From Klebsormidium nitens (lineage: Eukaryota > Plantae > Klebsormidiophyceae), in contig DF237222.1 in assembly GCA_000708835.1 (NCBI GenBank), positions 52,564 through 116,563 of the forward strand: a stretch of DNA of 64,000 bases, read 5' to 3'. Below, piece by piece: positions 25,305 to 37,800 of this stretch. Under the pieces are notes generated by a model, which worked only from the letters and a program-made list of their open reading frames with translations, ran no database searches and was not told where the DNA came from. Each line of letters starts with the position of its first letter. Position 1 is the stretch's first letter. The translations under genes and the position numbers were made by a program.

Positions 25305-28300
25305 TCAGTATGTGAGTCCTTTCTTCTGTGCACCGAGAAACCTGTCCAACGCGTTCCAGAACTCAAGCGCCGCCGTTTTGTCACGGTGCCTGTTGAACTT
25401 GCTTATCTGCACGAGCAACACACACGGCAACTCAGAACGATGCACATCACAAGAAACTCTTCTGACGTGTTTCAAAAACCATGAGAAAGAGGCGAGCAGC
25501 AACATGCCATACGTCACATGCTAAATGCTCTACTGCTCTGAAAGCTGCTCTCCCCTGCTCAAGTTTCTTTTATTTTGTCCGTTCATGCATCCGAAAAATC
25601 ATTTGCCGCAGACCCATGCATATTTGCTCACAGACACGACTGATTCCGTCAACTGATTCCGTCAGTCGTCTTTTCTCGATGATGGAATGATAAGCCGAGT
25701 CCTAAATCTAGACAGTATCGTTCAGACATCAGAGACGCCTAGACAGCAGAGCAGAATGGGTCAAGGATACCTACGCTTATCGACTTGACGTTCCAGGACT
25801 TGATGACGTCGTCGAGCTTTTCGTCCTCGTAGCGGATGTGGAAACCTTTCACTGCAAGGCAGAAAGTAAGAATGAGACTATCACTCATGAACAAACTATC
25901 CAAGGGAACCCGCTATTCGCACGAGCCAGAAGAGGACCTCAAAGAAGCTGTTAGCGAGAGGCGCCACTCAATCACGGCTCCAAAAGAAGACTCGAAAAGA
26001 AAACAAGCGCATTTTTTCGTTGGTGCTTGGGGTCCATGCGACGTTTCAATATCAGAGCGAAGAGCTTTGTAAGATCTCGGACGGACATAACGAATTCCAA
26101 AAGCGCAAAAATCGCAGTCGATACACCGTTTCTGAACGGGAAATGGGGCCGGTGGAAATCCCGAGGTCAAACTGAAAAAAGCCGATAGGATTCCTTTCCA
26201 GACATCATGCATCCTACGGAACTCGGTGCTGTGGCGTCAGAAGCTTTCAACCGCGCTGTGGCCCTTTAGACCAACTACTCGACTCTTTCATTGCCTCTCG
26301 TCACCACAGCAGACGAGATGGTCGTTTTGTCTGCTTCGACGGCAAACAGGATCTTGATGTCGTATTCACTATGTCGTGGTCGGTATATGGACGTTACTAG
26401 ATTCCAAAGTTACGGCTCATCACAGCCATGGCGACAGAATGCAAAGGACGTGTGATCGACAAGCAGAGACGACGTGCATCTCTTCTACGCTGCAACGTGG
26501 GACAAATCATGATAACGGCTCGTCGATCCGAATTATCTGCGACTTTGCAAAAGCAACGTTCCTTGTAGCCCAGAGCGAAAGCACGTGTGGCGGATCTTCT
26601 TTGCTTCCAAGTTGTCTGAATATATGAAGGCTTTGAGACCTCGAGCAAATCGAGCAAGTAAACTCAACCGCTTCTGCTGGCAATGGACCTTCATGAATGT
26701 GCTGCGGGCAAGTAAAAGCAAACCCAAGCAATCGCGAACTGCATTCTGTGGCTTCAGCCGCATGTCCACGACTTGATCTGACAGGTTGTCAGATTGCGCT
26801 TCCATCTCTGCCACAGCGACACCAAGATACGTTCAGGAAAATCGTTGTCTGTGTTGATAAAACTCCCATGCTTAGAGGGTTGAACATCTGCTCGTGTCTG
26901 AGCTGCGTAGGAAACGTAACGCAGAGGGCTAGCCATCAGTACGTCAAAGTCAGGTTCGGTTGGGGCACAGGACACAATTGCCAACCCCTGCCCAACTTTA
27001 GAAGCAGCGAAGTGGCACGACTACACGTTCGAGTTGGCTCTAAGGCAACCGTATTTCTATACCGATGGATGCTGTAAAGAGAGGGTAGCAACCGGCTTCT
27101 CCGGGTAACATTTGCGCCTCTTCCGACGAGTTTGGTGCGGGATAAGAGTCGCAACAAAGATTTTAGTGAGACACCGCGTCCGATGTCCTTCTGATTGTCT
27201 TCTCTGATGCATGTGGATCCACACACAGAGGTTCAGAAGGACTTCGTTCGGGCACATTTGATCGATTCACGGGAAAACTTCAGGTTCGGGTGGAAACAAG
27301 GTGTGGTGTTTGGTAGCAACACTGAAAACCGGAAGCCTCGACCACAAGCTGCACGAAAGACTAAACCAAATATCATTTTCTGCACCGCTGTTGTCTACGG
27401 AAGCAAGACGAGACTACAGAAGCAGTAAGAAAGGGCTCCTCTGCTTAAGTGCAGGCTCGCTGCAGCCTTCAACACGCACGCATATTCATGGCTTCTCCTT
27501 ACAAACCGATGCTCTTCGAAGCAAGAACAACGTGAAAACAGGCAAGGCGGTATAGCCATAATCTCAGCTAGACGCATAATCTCTTCGAAGATGTGAGAAC
27601 GTGATTAGTGGAAGTATGAATGGCTTCCGCATGTCAAAAAGGACTCCCGCGGCCTCGGAAGACGAAGCAGAATTGACACGTGTGCCAAGTTGTGAGCGAC
27701 ATCATTGCCACACCTCATCATAAATCTGATTTGTCCGCAGCAGTCCAAGTCACTCTTGTCAAGCAGATTCACGGCTTACTCGGTGAAGCGCAAGGAAAAT
27801 TGTCGATGCCTCCGCAAAGAAGCTGAAACACTGGACCCGCCAGTTGCCAGAGAGAATCTACTTCTTGCAGAATAGAAAGTACCGACTCTCCGAACGAAAC
27901 TTCAACTTCCAACGCGCTCGTATTGACAGACCTTGTCGAGCTTGATGATCAGAGCGAACCTACAGAACGAGGCAGTTTAAGCGAGAGAATGGTGGCATAA
28001 AATACTCGACACTGAACAGTATGCCTGCGGGTCTTCAAGGATCCAGACATGGCATCAGTAACATTGAAGGATGGCAGTAGGGTTTGGTGGCACCATCTCA
28101 GCCAAGCCAAAAGAATTAGCGGCCCGGAAACAGGTTTCCCGGTGCCACGTAGCAGACTAGCGATGCTCCAAGAAGGGAGTCTGAACACGAGGGACTAGGG
28201 GAGGCAGAGACTGAGCAGCGCAGCAAACCGAAGTTGCATCTCAACCATGCGGAAAGCAAGAACAGTGGGTAGCAGACCAAGTCTTGTCTGCCAGTTGTCA

Positions 28301-31300
28301 CTTCAGATCTTGTGCAGCTATCCGCGCGCGTCCTTGTAGCCTCCCTTTCGTGGCCACGACTCTCGATAATTCAGAATGAGAAAGAATGTGGCGCCAATCG
28401 TGAAGTCCTCGGAGTAGAAGAAGCGGCTGAGGGAGAGCAACCATTCAATCGGAGCGGCTATGCTGAAACACAGTGCCCTATTTGTGGCTTGTGAAGAAAC
28501 TCGAGAGCATGAGAGATCTCGAGCAGAAGAAAGGAGGCCCCAGGGCGCTGAAAGCCAGCAGATTCAACGAGGAACACAGGAAAGGTGCAAATAATGGCAA
28601 TCAGTGAAGTTTGATCATTTGGCGTTAGCCACACCGGTACTCCCTTCATTGCCCAACCTTGCCGATGCCTAGCTCTTGGAAAAGAACTCGCTCACTCAAG
28701 CAACAACCTAATTTGCAAGCAATTTGGAATCCTCTAGGTTGCGAGCAACCCAAAGCGGACGTTGCATAAAACGCGTCCAAATAACAAAGTTGGTCCAGCA
28801 ATGCCTTCGGCGAATCGAGTTTGATTATATGTCCGTCTCGACCTTGAGAAGAGGGCACAAAAGCCGAGTCTCATCCGGCTAGCAAAAGCAGCTCAAGGCA
28901 CTTTGTGCAAAGAGAGCGTGGGACTGCTTAAATCCAGCGTTGAAGCATAACTGAGGTGAGGCCGGAACCTTAAGCCACTTTACTGCAAGTGTAAGCCCAC
29001 GATGACCAGGCTCTGCACTTGGCGGTCCGACGTAACAGTGACCGATTGGCGTTGGGCGGCTGGAACCAAACGGCCGTCGTCATAGCCTGAGCGCGGGATT
29101 CTGGCTGCTAGTACACAGCCTGGCAAACTTCTTTCATTAAGTTGGACGCTTGCCCCTCAGTACCCAACGGATGGCAGGACTCTAAAGAACCCTGCTGAGA
29201 AGCGGCAAGCGAACTCGCCAGCAGACGGGTTCGGGAGAGGCAGCTTAGTTGAGTGCGGAAATAGGACTAAGAGCAAGGAGTCGAAGAAGTGTGCGCAAAC
29301 AGGACTAGAAGCAAGGAGTCGGACAACATCAGGGGGCGTAAAGACAGAGGTTGTTCTCCTTGCCAGCGCAATGGCACGCTGCTGGCAGGCCGATGCTGTC
29401 GAGCTTTCAAGACCCCATGAAACGGAAGGGTACGAAGAATTCGTGTTCCAAATTATTGATATGCAAGTCAGGCGTCAGACGAGGATCGCATGGTGGCGGG
29501 ATTGGAGGCACCATTTTCCCTCGCGCATCAGTGCCCGACAGTCAGAGACTTTTAAGACGTTTCTTGTCACGCACAGAAACTCCTTTTCCAGGAACTCGCT
29601 GACAACATTGAGGCTGCTCCGAATCTCACGTGGTAAATCTGCCATGACGAATGCACGCTGTGGAACACACCAGAACATATATAACAAAGCAAGCGCACAT
29701 ACTTGGGTGCAAGTAAGGGGATGCGGCCGCACGCCCGAAAGCGTCGAAGCTCCATCCAACAGCCATCTTCAGAAAGTATTAACGCCGAAAGAAAGCACAC
29801 GCAAAATGCCTGGCGTGCAGCTAGGCTTTCCCTATGGTGCTGCCAGTTCGCGGGGCAGCTGAAAAGGGGACAATTCGCAGAAAATCGGAAAATAAAGAAT
29901 GGACCAAGCAAGATCCCTTTGACCAAGGAAGACAAAGCGATAAGATGCAGGCTCACCGTTGTGGAAGATCTCCGACACGTCTGACCACGGCCAACCGTTG
30001 AACTGCCAAAGCTTCCCAACGACGAACACCGCCACCACTCGTTGCCTGCAGAAAACAGCGCAGAACGTGAGGGGCCGCCACGCAGCAAAGAAAGCGTCAG
30101 CACTAACGTGCGTCCAAACCGTGGCTTGCGAGTTGATGATACATGAGATCAGCGGAGAAAGCGCGCTTTATGGGACAGCAGGATGCGACGAAGCTTCCCG
30201 ACACCGATGATTTACAGAACGCACTTCCTGCAAAGAAAGCGGAGGTGAGAGAAGCACACGCCACAGGGAGTCGGTCACCATCTTCTTGCGGGTTACTGCC
30301 GGAGGTCACTGGGGAAATCTGGCGACAGAAGGGGATATACGCTTGCAGCTCAGGCGTTCAGCTTAGCGACAATCACCCTGCAAACGTACGAGGACCCAAA
30401 CAGTCCACGAGCGGAAATTGCTAGAGGAAATAGGGAGTTTTCGGAAAAGGCCGCAAAAAAGGGTACCTTGGACCTCAAAAGAACGTATGAGTGAGAAAGA
30501 CTTGACGGGCAAAATATCTACTTTGATACGTCAAGTGTCATGGCGATCAAAGCGTTTGCCCCTTAGTTGCTGCTATTTCGACGACTCCCTTCACGCATCC
30601 AGCCCGTTCTTCCAGGATCGTCACAGTCAGACCCCAGTGCTAGCTAGCTTGAACCAGACAACCATATTGGATCAATGTAATAAAGTCAAAACGCACCAGT
30701 CCTTGGAGCCGGCCTTGGGCGCGACGTTGAGGATCTGGTAGTGCGGGTACGGCTCCTTGCGGTTGATGTTGCGCATGACGCCCACGTTGGTCGGCTTGAG
30801 CGACGTCTGGCTCGCCTTCTCGTCCCACCGCACGTAGTTGCCGTTCTCCAGAAAGTCTTTCGCGTTGTAGATGTTCAGCAAAGTATTGGCGGCGTTGGGG
30901 ACGATGATGATGGGCGGGCCCTCTGCAGGGGGACATAAACAAAGTTGAAGAACCTGTTTCAAATGAGGCGGTTTGGTTTTAACGTCGCCCTTGACGGAGT
31001 TGCCATTGTCCAGAAAGTCTCTCGCGTAGTGAATGTGCAGAAGTATGTTGGCAGCATTCGGAACAATGATAACGGGCGGGCCTTCTGAAGCGAGAGAGAA
31101 ACCAGCCTGGGATATTGATGGAGTAATGATGTTTTCAGTGGCCGGGTTCCGTTTGGATACATCGCCGTTTTCAGGGAGTCTTTTAACGTTGTGGATGTCA
31201 AGAGAGTGATGGCGGCTTGAAGAAGATGCTGATGGGCGGAAGAGAATAACGAACAAAAGTCAGGAACCTGCTACAGATGAGGTGGTTTGCTTCTTTACGT

Positions 31301-34015
31301 CGCATTTGACGAAGTTGCCGTCGCCCAGAAGATCTTTCGCGTTGGAAGTTCTTAGCAGAGTGTCGACGGTGTTTCGCACAACGATGAGGGGTAAGCTCGC
31401 AGACAATTAGAGTTTGCCTCTGATGAAGTAATTCTACTTTGTAATGTTCCACTTGACGGCATTGCAATCTCGTTGGAAAACCTCTAGCGCTTTGTGAATG
31501 TCCTGCAGATTATTGGCGGCGTTCGAGATGACTCTGATAGACGGACCCTCTGCGGCAGAATGGGAAGACCGGTTTGGACGAGTCGGTCATAAAGAAACGT
31601 CTGAGAGATCCGTTCCCACAAATTGGGGCGTCATACATAAGCAGCGTTCGGAAAGTTCATGAATTGCGGGCCACATGTGAAAGGCAGTACTCGTCGAGTT
31701 CATTCCCGATGCATTACTTTCAAGGAATCCCGTAGGACAGTTGCTAGCTAACAGGGAATCAACAAGGGAGAACGGAGCCCAGTCTGCTCAGCTTTCTGAT
31801 TGGACTGGTTCCCAATCTCCCTGATCCTGACTCAGGCAAGGCGCATCTAAATCTCTTGTAGCAGACTGGAGTCCCTGAAAAGCAAGACACTTCAGGCTGA
31901 GACTCAACAGACAGTACGACCAAAACAAGAAAGACACAGATATAAGTTTGTACACTTGCCAATTTTCTTGACTGGTTTCTGCCGCACCGCCTGTCTTGTC
32001 TGCTCCACCTTGCCGCTGCTCTCCTCCGCCCACCGGTCGCTCGTGGCTGTCGTCTTGATGCCCAGGTCCGCCACATCTGTAAGCGAAACATCACGATTGC
32101 TCAATTTGAGACACTTGGGTTCCGGTCGCGCAAGTCTCACTTGTGTGTGCGCACGCATCTGAGAAGCCTGTGAAGATTTTTGCCCAATTCCACACGCTTT
32201 GACTCAACTGCTCAAGCGTACAATATCAGAGTGCAACATGCTCATACGCCGCTGGAGATTGAATGTGCGAACGCCATTAACTCCATCTATTCCGGTTCTG
32301 CTGACCCGCAATGGAAATCAATCGGAACCGGCAATTTAACAAGCATGGGGCTCAACCATTCATGTGATGCTGGTTCCGCCCCTGAAAGAATCGTCCGTAA
32401 ATCACACAAACGGACGGGCTTTCTTTAGGGGCAAGAGAGCGAAAGTCACTTTGATCCGTCTGCCGCAAATTCCTAGAGCGGACCATCAGATGAATGGTTT
32501 GCAGCTTGCTTCCTGAGCCAAGCAATTTTCGTACTCAGAAAGTAATGAGCACCCTACCTCCTCCCTGCGCATAGCCCTTCCAGAACTGCTCCGTCTCCTT
32601 CCCGTTCGCATACCGCTCCCCGGCCGGTGTTGCGGCACCATTGGCGGCCTCCCCTTTCCGCTTGGGGTCATCTTTCGGCTTGGTCAGCATGGCCAGAATA
32701 CCGGAGAAGTTCTTCTTGTGTGAGAGCAGGATCGCGTTGCGGTCGCGCACCAATCGCTCCTCCCGCTTGATGCGCTCAAAGACCAACGCATCGTTGTTCC
32801 AGTCCAGGATGGCGGCGGTGTCCTGCATGCAGATAGGGTACACATGCTTGATAGAGATTTTCTTGCTAGCGTTCTCTGAAACTTTACAAAAGCTCTCCAC
32901 TCGCTTGTGAATTTCCATGAGAGACTTTTCTTGGGAACATCTGATGTCTTTTCTCGACAATTGGAACAGACAGCACTATTCTCAGGAACTACAAAGCATG
33001 ACAGAGACAATGCTGCATGACAGTGAGGTTGTCTCCTGCAAGCCAGGCAAAAGGAGTGAGACAACCGAGTGATACCTTTGTGGTTTAGACCTCGACATTT
33101 CACCCCGCAATCTGTAGATCCTCAGAGAAACATCCTCAGAGGACCCAGCAGAAGCCACCCAAGAAGCTACCCATGACAATCCACGCATCATTTACCTCTG
33201 CGCTTGGAGCATCTGTCCGGGGCTTCTTTGCATCCCGAGTCCCCTCCTCAGGCGCTGCGGCCTCCTTCCCCTCAGGCTCCGGCCGCTTCTGCCCTGCAAC
33301 AGCTGCCGGCGGGATGGACTTATGCACGGGGAGGGCGGCGCTGATGTCGATGGAGTCGCACGTGTCAATCTCCCCCTTGAAGTATCTGCACAGGGTTGTA
33401 TGGCTTATATAGGCTCTCTTCTCTGAGAGCAGAGATATTCATACAAAGCTTTTCAGGCCCTTCCAAGCCCATTGTTAGGTCGCACCACGCACATCCGGAC
33501 ATGTGTGCATGCCCAAGCCCGGGATAATCCGCCTATTCCACGAAGCACAGACCAGGGGAAACTTGGCGGCCTAAATACTGCAGACTTCTCCTGCAGCTAA
33601 AAGACCAAAAAATGCACCCAATGAAGTTCCCCGCTCTTGCCAAAGCCAGTCTCCTCTTGGTGTTAAACTAACCAGTCAAGAGGTTTTTGCTCAATGCCAA
33701 AAGAGTCACAATCATGGAGAACACCGCCCACTTTGTCAGGTTTCTCCTGTCAATCAGGTTCACGTTCTGCACCTCCGCCGCCCTCGCCTGCTTGATGTAC
33801 TCCGTGTGCTTGACCGGCAGCGTCTGGGCCACAAACAGCACCGCATCCAGCTTATAGTAGTCAGTTCCGGACTGGGACTGCCACACCCTGAATGCTGTGT
33901 CCGTGTCCTTTGGGAACTGGTAGCTGCTGCCAAAGTGGATGACATCGCCGACCACCTTGACCTGGTCGAGCTCATTCCGCACGCAGTAGTCCCTCAGGAT
34001 GCTCAGGGGATCCAT
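25305..34015 (-). CDS. CDC73: CDC73/parafibromin, Paf1 complex subunit; 8 exons, one GC-AG intron, one 4.1-kb intron
   Basis: Exons 34015-33732, 33385-33196, 32822-32558, 32076-31960, 30922-30697, 30045-29957, 25851-25775, 25406-25305 (1350 nt). N-terminus MDPLSILRDY; C-terminal domain [67 protein letters not shown]. Confidence 0.93.
30830..31570 (-). repeat. About four decayed copies of the CDC73 intron4/exon5 junction
   Basis: [28 protein letters not shown]-like units with acceptors at 30922 (functional), 31084, ~31245, ~31400 and 31549; period about 157-162 bp. Confidence 0.9.
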
Positions 34016-34875
34016 GATGGCAGGAGATCACGCGCTCTTGCAGCAGAACCGCCCGTGCGAGCCCTCTCGTGCGCCCTCGCTGCGCTGCACTTCTCTGAAG
34101 TGACGATGTTGGCTAGCGGCTCAGACTACGTTTGTGTTCAGAGGAGCCCAGGGTTCAGTGAACAGTTTTCTTGCTTCAAACCCAGGGCTGCGGGAAACTC
34201 TTGCAGGATTATTCCTCGAAAGGTCGCCTTCACTCATCTTGCCTGTTCGAGGTTCGCTGGGTTGCCATTCTGCTCAGCTTGTGAAGCGTGAAAGGCACTT
34301 CATAAAAGCTCATTTGAGCGCCACCCCTTTCCCTTTGGATCACCAGCTGGCTTGTCCTTCAAGCTCAAGAACCACGGTATGTAGTCTTCAACTTCATCTT
34401 CATCAAGTTCATGCTGGCTGGCCATTTCGAGTGATGATCTCCGCTCTGTCACGGGCGTTTTGTTCCAGAAATTGCGGTGTATATCATACAGTACGTGCTT
34501 TGAAGTTTCTACGGGTAGCGTCACAATATACTGCGAAGGGAACCCCTAAATTCACAAGCTAGTGAACTGGACAATTTCCGAGGTGAGACTGGGTGAGCAG
34601 GCGCAGCTCACAATTCTCTGGATTTCAAGGGCGAAGTGATTTTGGAAGTGAATGCACAGTTGGCGAGGGAATTGCTTTAGCCACAGAGACGAGTTGTTGT
34701 TGTAATCAACGGATTGGTGTCTCTTATCTATCATTGATGCAGGCACGTCTTGATCACTGACTACCACGAGTCAGCTGAGTGACGGGGTCTTTTAGAAGAA
34801 TGCAGAGCAACCAGCAGCAAGAAGCATTGATAACACTTGAATGCTGAACATCCTAGGCTAGCAAGTCCATTTCTT

Positions 34876-37800
34876 ATGGCCCAAACAAGCAGCATAAGGA
34901 GCGTACCCTGCTTGCAAGGAACAATGCTGGCCAGTCAACTAGGTAGCCGTTCTTCAGCGATGCTGGGAAGAGGAATGCTTGGAGTGAAAGGACACCTCTT
35001 GAAATTGTTTCCTCTGGGACCAAGGGTGTCAAATGCAAGGGTGGTTGTGGCCAGGAGAGGCCTCCCTTTATTCAGGGTGGATTGCAAGGAGAATCCTGTG
35101 CAGCATTGCTTTGTACCGCCCTTCCGAGAAAGGGCACTTGACATTGACAGTCTTCGCTTGTCCATTATAACCCCTCAGCGTAGTGTAAGGAGCAATGCTA
35201 GTTCCGTCCCTCCTCCAGCAGCCCTCAAGCACGCTGTCACGCACCACCCCTTGCTTTCAAAAGATGAGCTTGAATCAAGGGTCCGCCACTTTCGTTGGCA
35301 GTGCAATTGTCAAACCGCCACAGCTGAACCTGCGCTCGCACCAGCCAGTGCTTCCCCGTACGGGAATCTCAGATTGCACAACACGATGACTCGACAGAAG
35401 GAAGTTTTCAGGCCCAGGGTCGAAGGCCAAGTGGGGATGTACGTCTGCGGCGTGACAGCGTATGACTTCAGCCATATAGGGCACGCGAGGGTGTATGTCT
35501 GGAGCGATTGCTTGTTCAGGCAAGTGGCTCCACAATCACAGCTCTTTGCAAGCAGTCTTCCTGTGTCAGATGGAAAGGGAAGCTTATAAGTTCGATGACT
35601 ACATCAGTCGAGTCTGCAACAATCCGCGATAACCAGCTTCGACTAACTTATAACCGTCCCACTCCACTTGAGACAGGGAGTTGCTCCAGGTTAACACTCG
35701 GCACCACCACTTCCGTCCCTCTTTATGGTGCTTGTGGATTATGTTGTGTGAGCATCAGATACGGCCCTATATCTTTCCCGCACAGACAAGTGGTCGACGT
35801 AGGCGGTGCTCTTTCCCCGAGTGGCGTATGCTCAATGCAGAGAAACAGTCAATCTAGACTTGCCATGTTGATTGCTCAGCCACGAGTTCTGGCAAAGTTT
35901 TCTTCGTGTTCTTGCTGTGATACTATGGTCAAATTGTCGGCAGGCCTTCTGTTGCAGGTACTTGCGCCACCTCGGTTACGAAGTGAAGTACGTCAGAAAC
36001 TTCACCGATGTGGATGACAAGGTATGGGTATACTCGCTTTCTCGGTGAGGCGGCGACCAAGGGATAGCCAGGAAGTTTTCTTTGCTGATTGCAAGATCTA
36101 TTGAAATCTGATAACCGTAGGTAGAGCCAGAACGTCTCGAATTCGGAAAACTACCGAATCAGGGTCGTCAATGAGGCCTATATCTGCGTCTGTCTTGGTC
36201 AGTATGGTTCAACAATACGCCGTGCAACTTTTCCTCCTGCATTCAAATGCTTAAAGTACTCCTTCGACTCTGCTAGCAGCGCTGGCAGCCTCAAAGCTGC
36301 TTTCCGTCTTCTTCCAGATCATAACGCGCGCGAAGCAGACTGGGGAGGACCCCATCGCCCTGAGCGAGCGTTTCTGCGAGGAGTTCAAGGAGGACATGAA
36401 CGCGCTCCGCTGCTTGCCGCCTACTTCAGAACCGAAAGTCACTACGCACATACCTCAAATCATCACAATGATACAGCAGGTATGTTTTTCTTTCACACTG
36501 TGGTTGCGGCACCCACTGGAGAGTACAGAGAGAGGACTTGCCATCTTAGTTCCTCTGCGAAACATCAGGATCAGCCATATATTACAAACGAGCGTCCGAA
36601 TGAGAGGCAATCTACAAAGCGAACCCTGCACTTGATGCAGTAGACCTCAACGTACATCAGGCTTGGGGCTGGTCGATTTCAAACCTGATTAAAAGATCGC
36701 ATGATCGAGATTTGCAGGCTGCCTTCGTGGTTCATAGTGTGAACTTCCCACGTAACCCTTATCCAAGAACGCCGCCAGCCTTCTCACAGATCTTCAAACC
36801 ACGGCCGCTGAACTTGCACGCAGACGACTCAGAAGACAAGAGTTCTACCTTTCAATTTCTGGCGTTGCTTGTGCAGATCATCAACAACGGTCACGCATAT
36901 GCGGTTGCGGGAGATGTGTATTTCACGGTGGACAGCTTTCCCGAGTACGGCGCCCTCTCGGGACGCAAGCAGGATGAGAACCGGGCCGGCGAGCGGGTTG
37001 CCGTGGACGAGCGGAAGAAGAACCCAGCAGATTTTGCGCTCTGGAAGGTTAGCTCCTTTTTCGCAGAAGACGGGTATTTGATAGACGAGAGACGCTTTCG
37101 GAGTTGGGTTGAGGAAAGAAGGGCGAAGCGGATGGTTTGTAAGTTATGTGAAGACCGAAAGTGACGGTATCACAGGACCGGCCGAAAATGACGGTATCAT
37201 ATGACCTCGTCAGAGAAGTCTTGCCGACTTTGCACTTTTGGAAGGGCAGTCGTCGACGTCAATCTATACTTTGACTTTCGACCTTAGGACTTCATCACTC
37301 GTCCTTACACGCGATTCGAGAAAGCCACGCAGGATATATTTCATTCAGCGCTGAGAACGGTTTGAAGGGCGGTTGAAACCAGAGACAGGCTGAGACTAGC
37401 CGCCCCTCAAACTCACTGGATGATTGACTGTTTGTGGAAGCTTCGAGAGCTTCCCCCTGCAGGCCAAGGATCTCGTGTACTCATTCCCTATCTCGTGGCT
37501 GAACCGACTTTTGAAGACCGTGTTCCGGTTTCTTTGGCTCCAATCTACCAATGTCGTTCTGCTTCCAAACCTAGCCCAACCCCTGCTCTTTTCAAGGGCA
37601 CTCAAAAGCTTGTTGCAAAGCCGGTTGTTTCCCCTCTTCCTGTTCAGTCAATCTTCCCTCCTGCCATTCGCGACCTTCTTTTGAGTACGCTGACCTGATC
37701 GTAACATCGCCTTCCAATTTGGCCAAGTTCCAATCCTTTCTTCGTTTGCTGACCCCTGTTAAGCATTGTTTGTAACCCGTCAGGCTGCCAAAGAGGGCAA

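Noticed and set aside
34300-34524. 74-aa minus-strand ORF with protein-like composition (HELDEDEVEDYIPWFLSLKD) in the CDC73/CysRS promoter region
   Set aside because: No recognisable family, splice partners or other support; it may be chance or a uORF.
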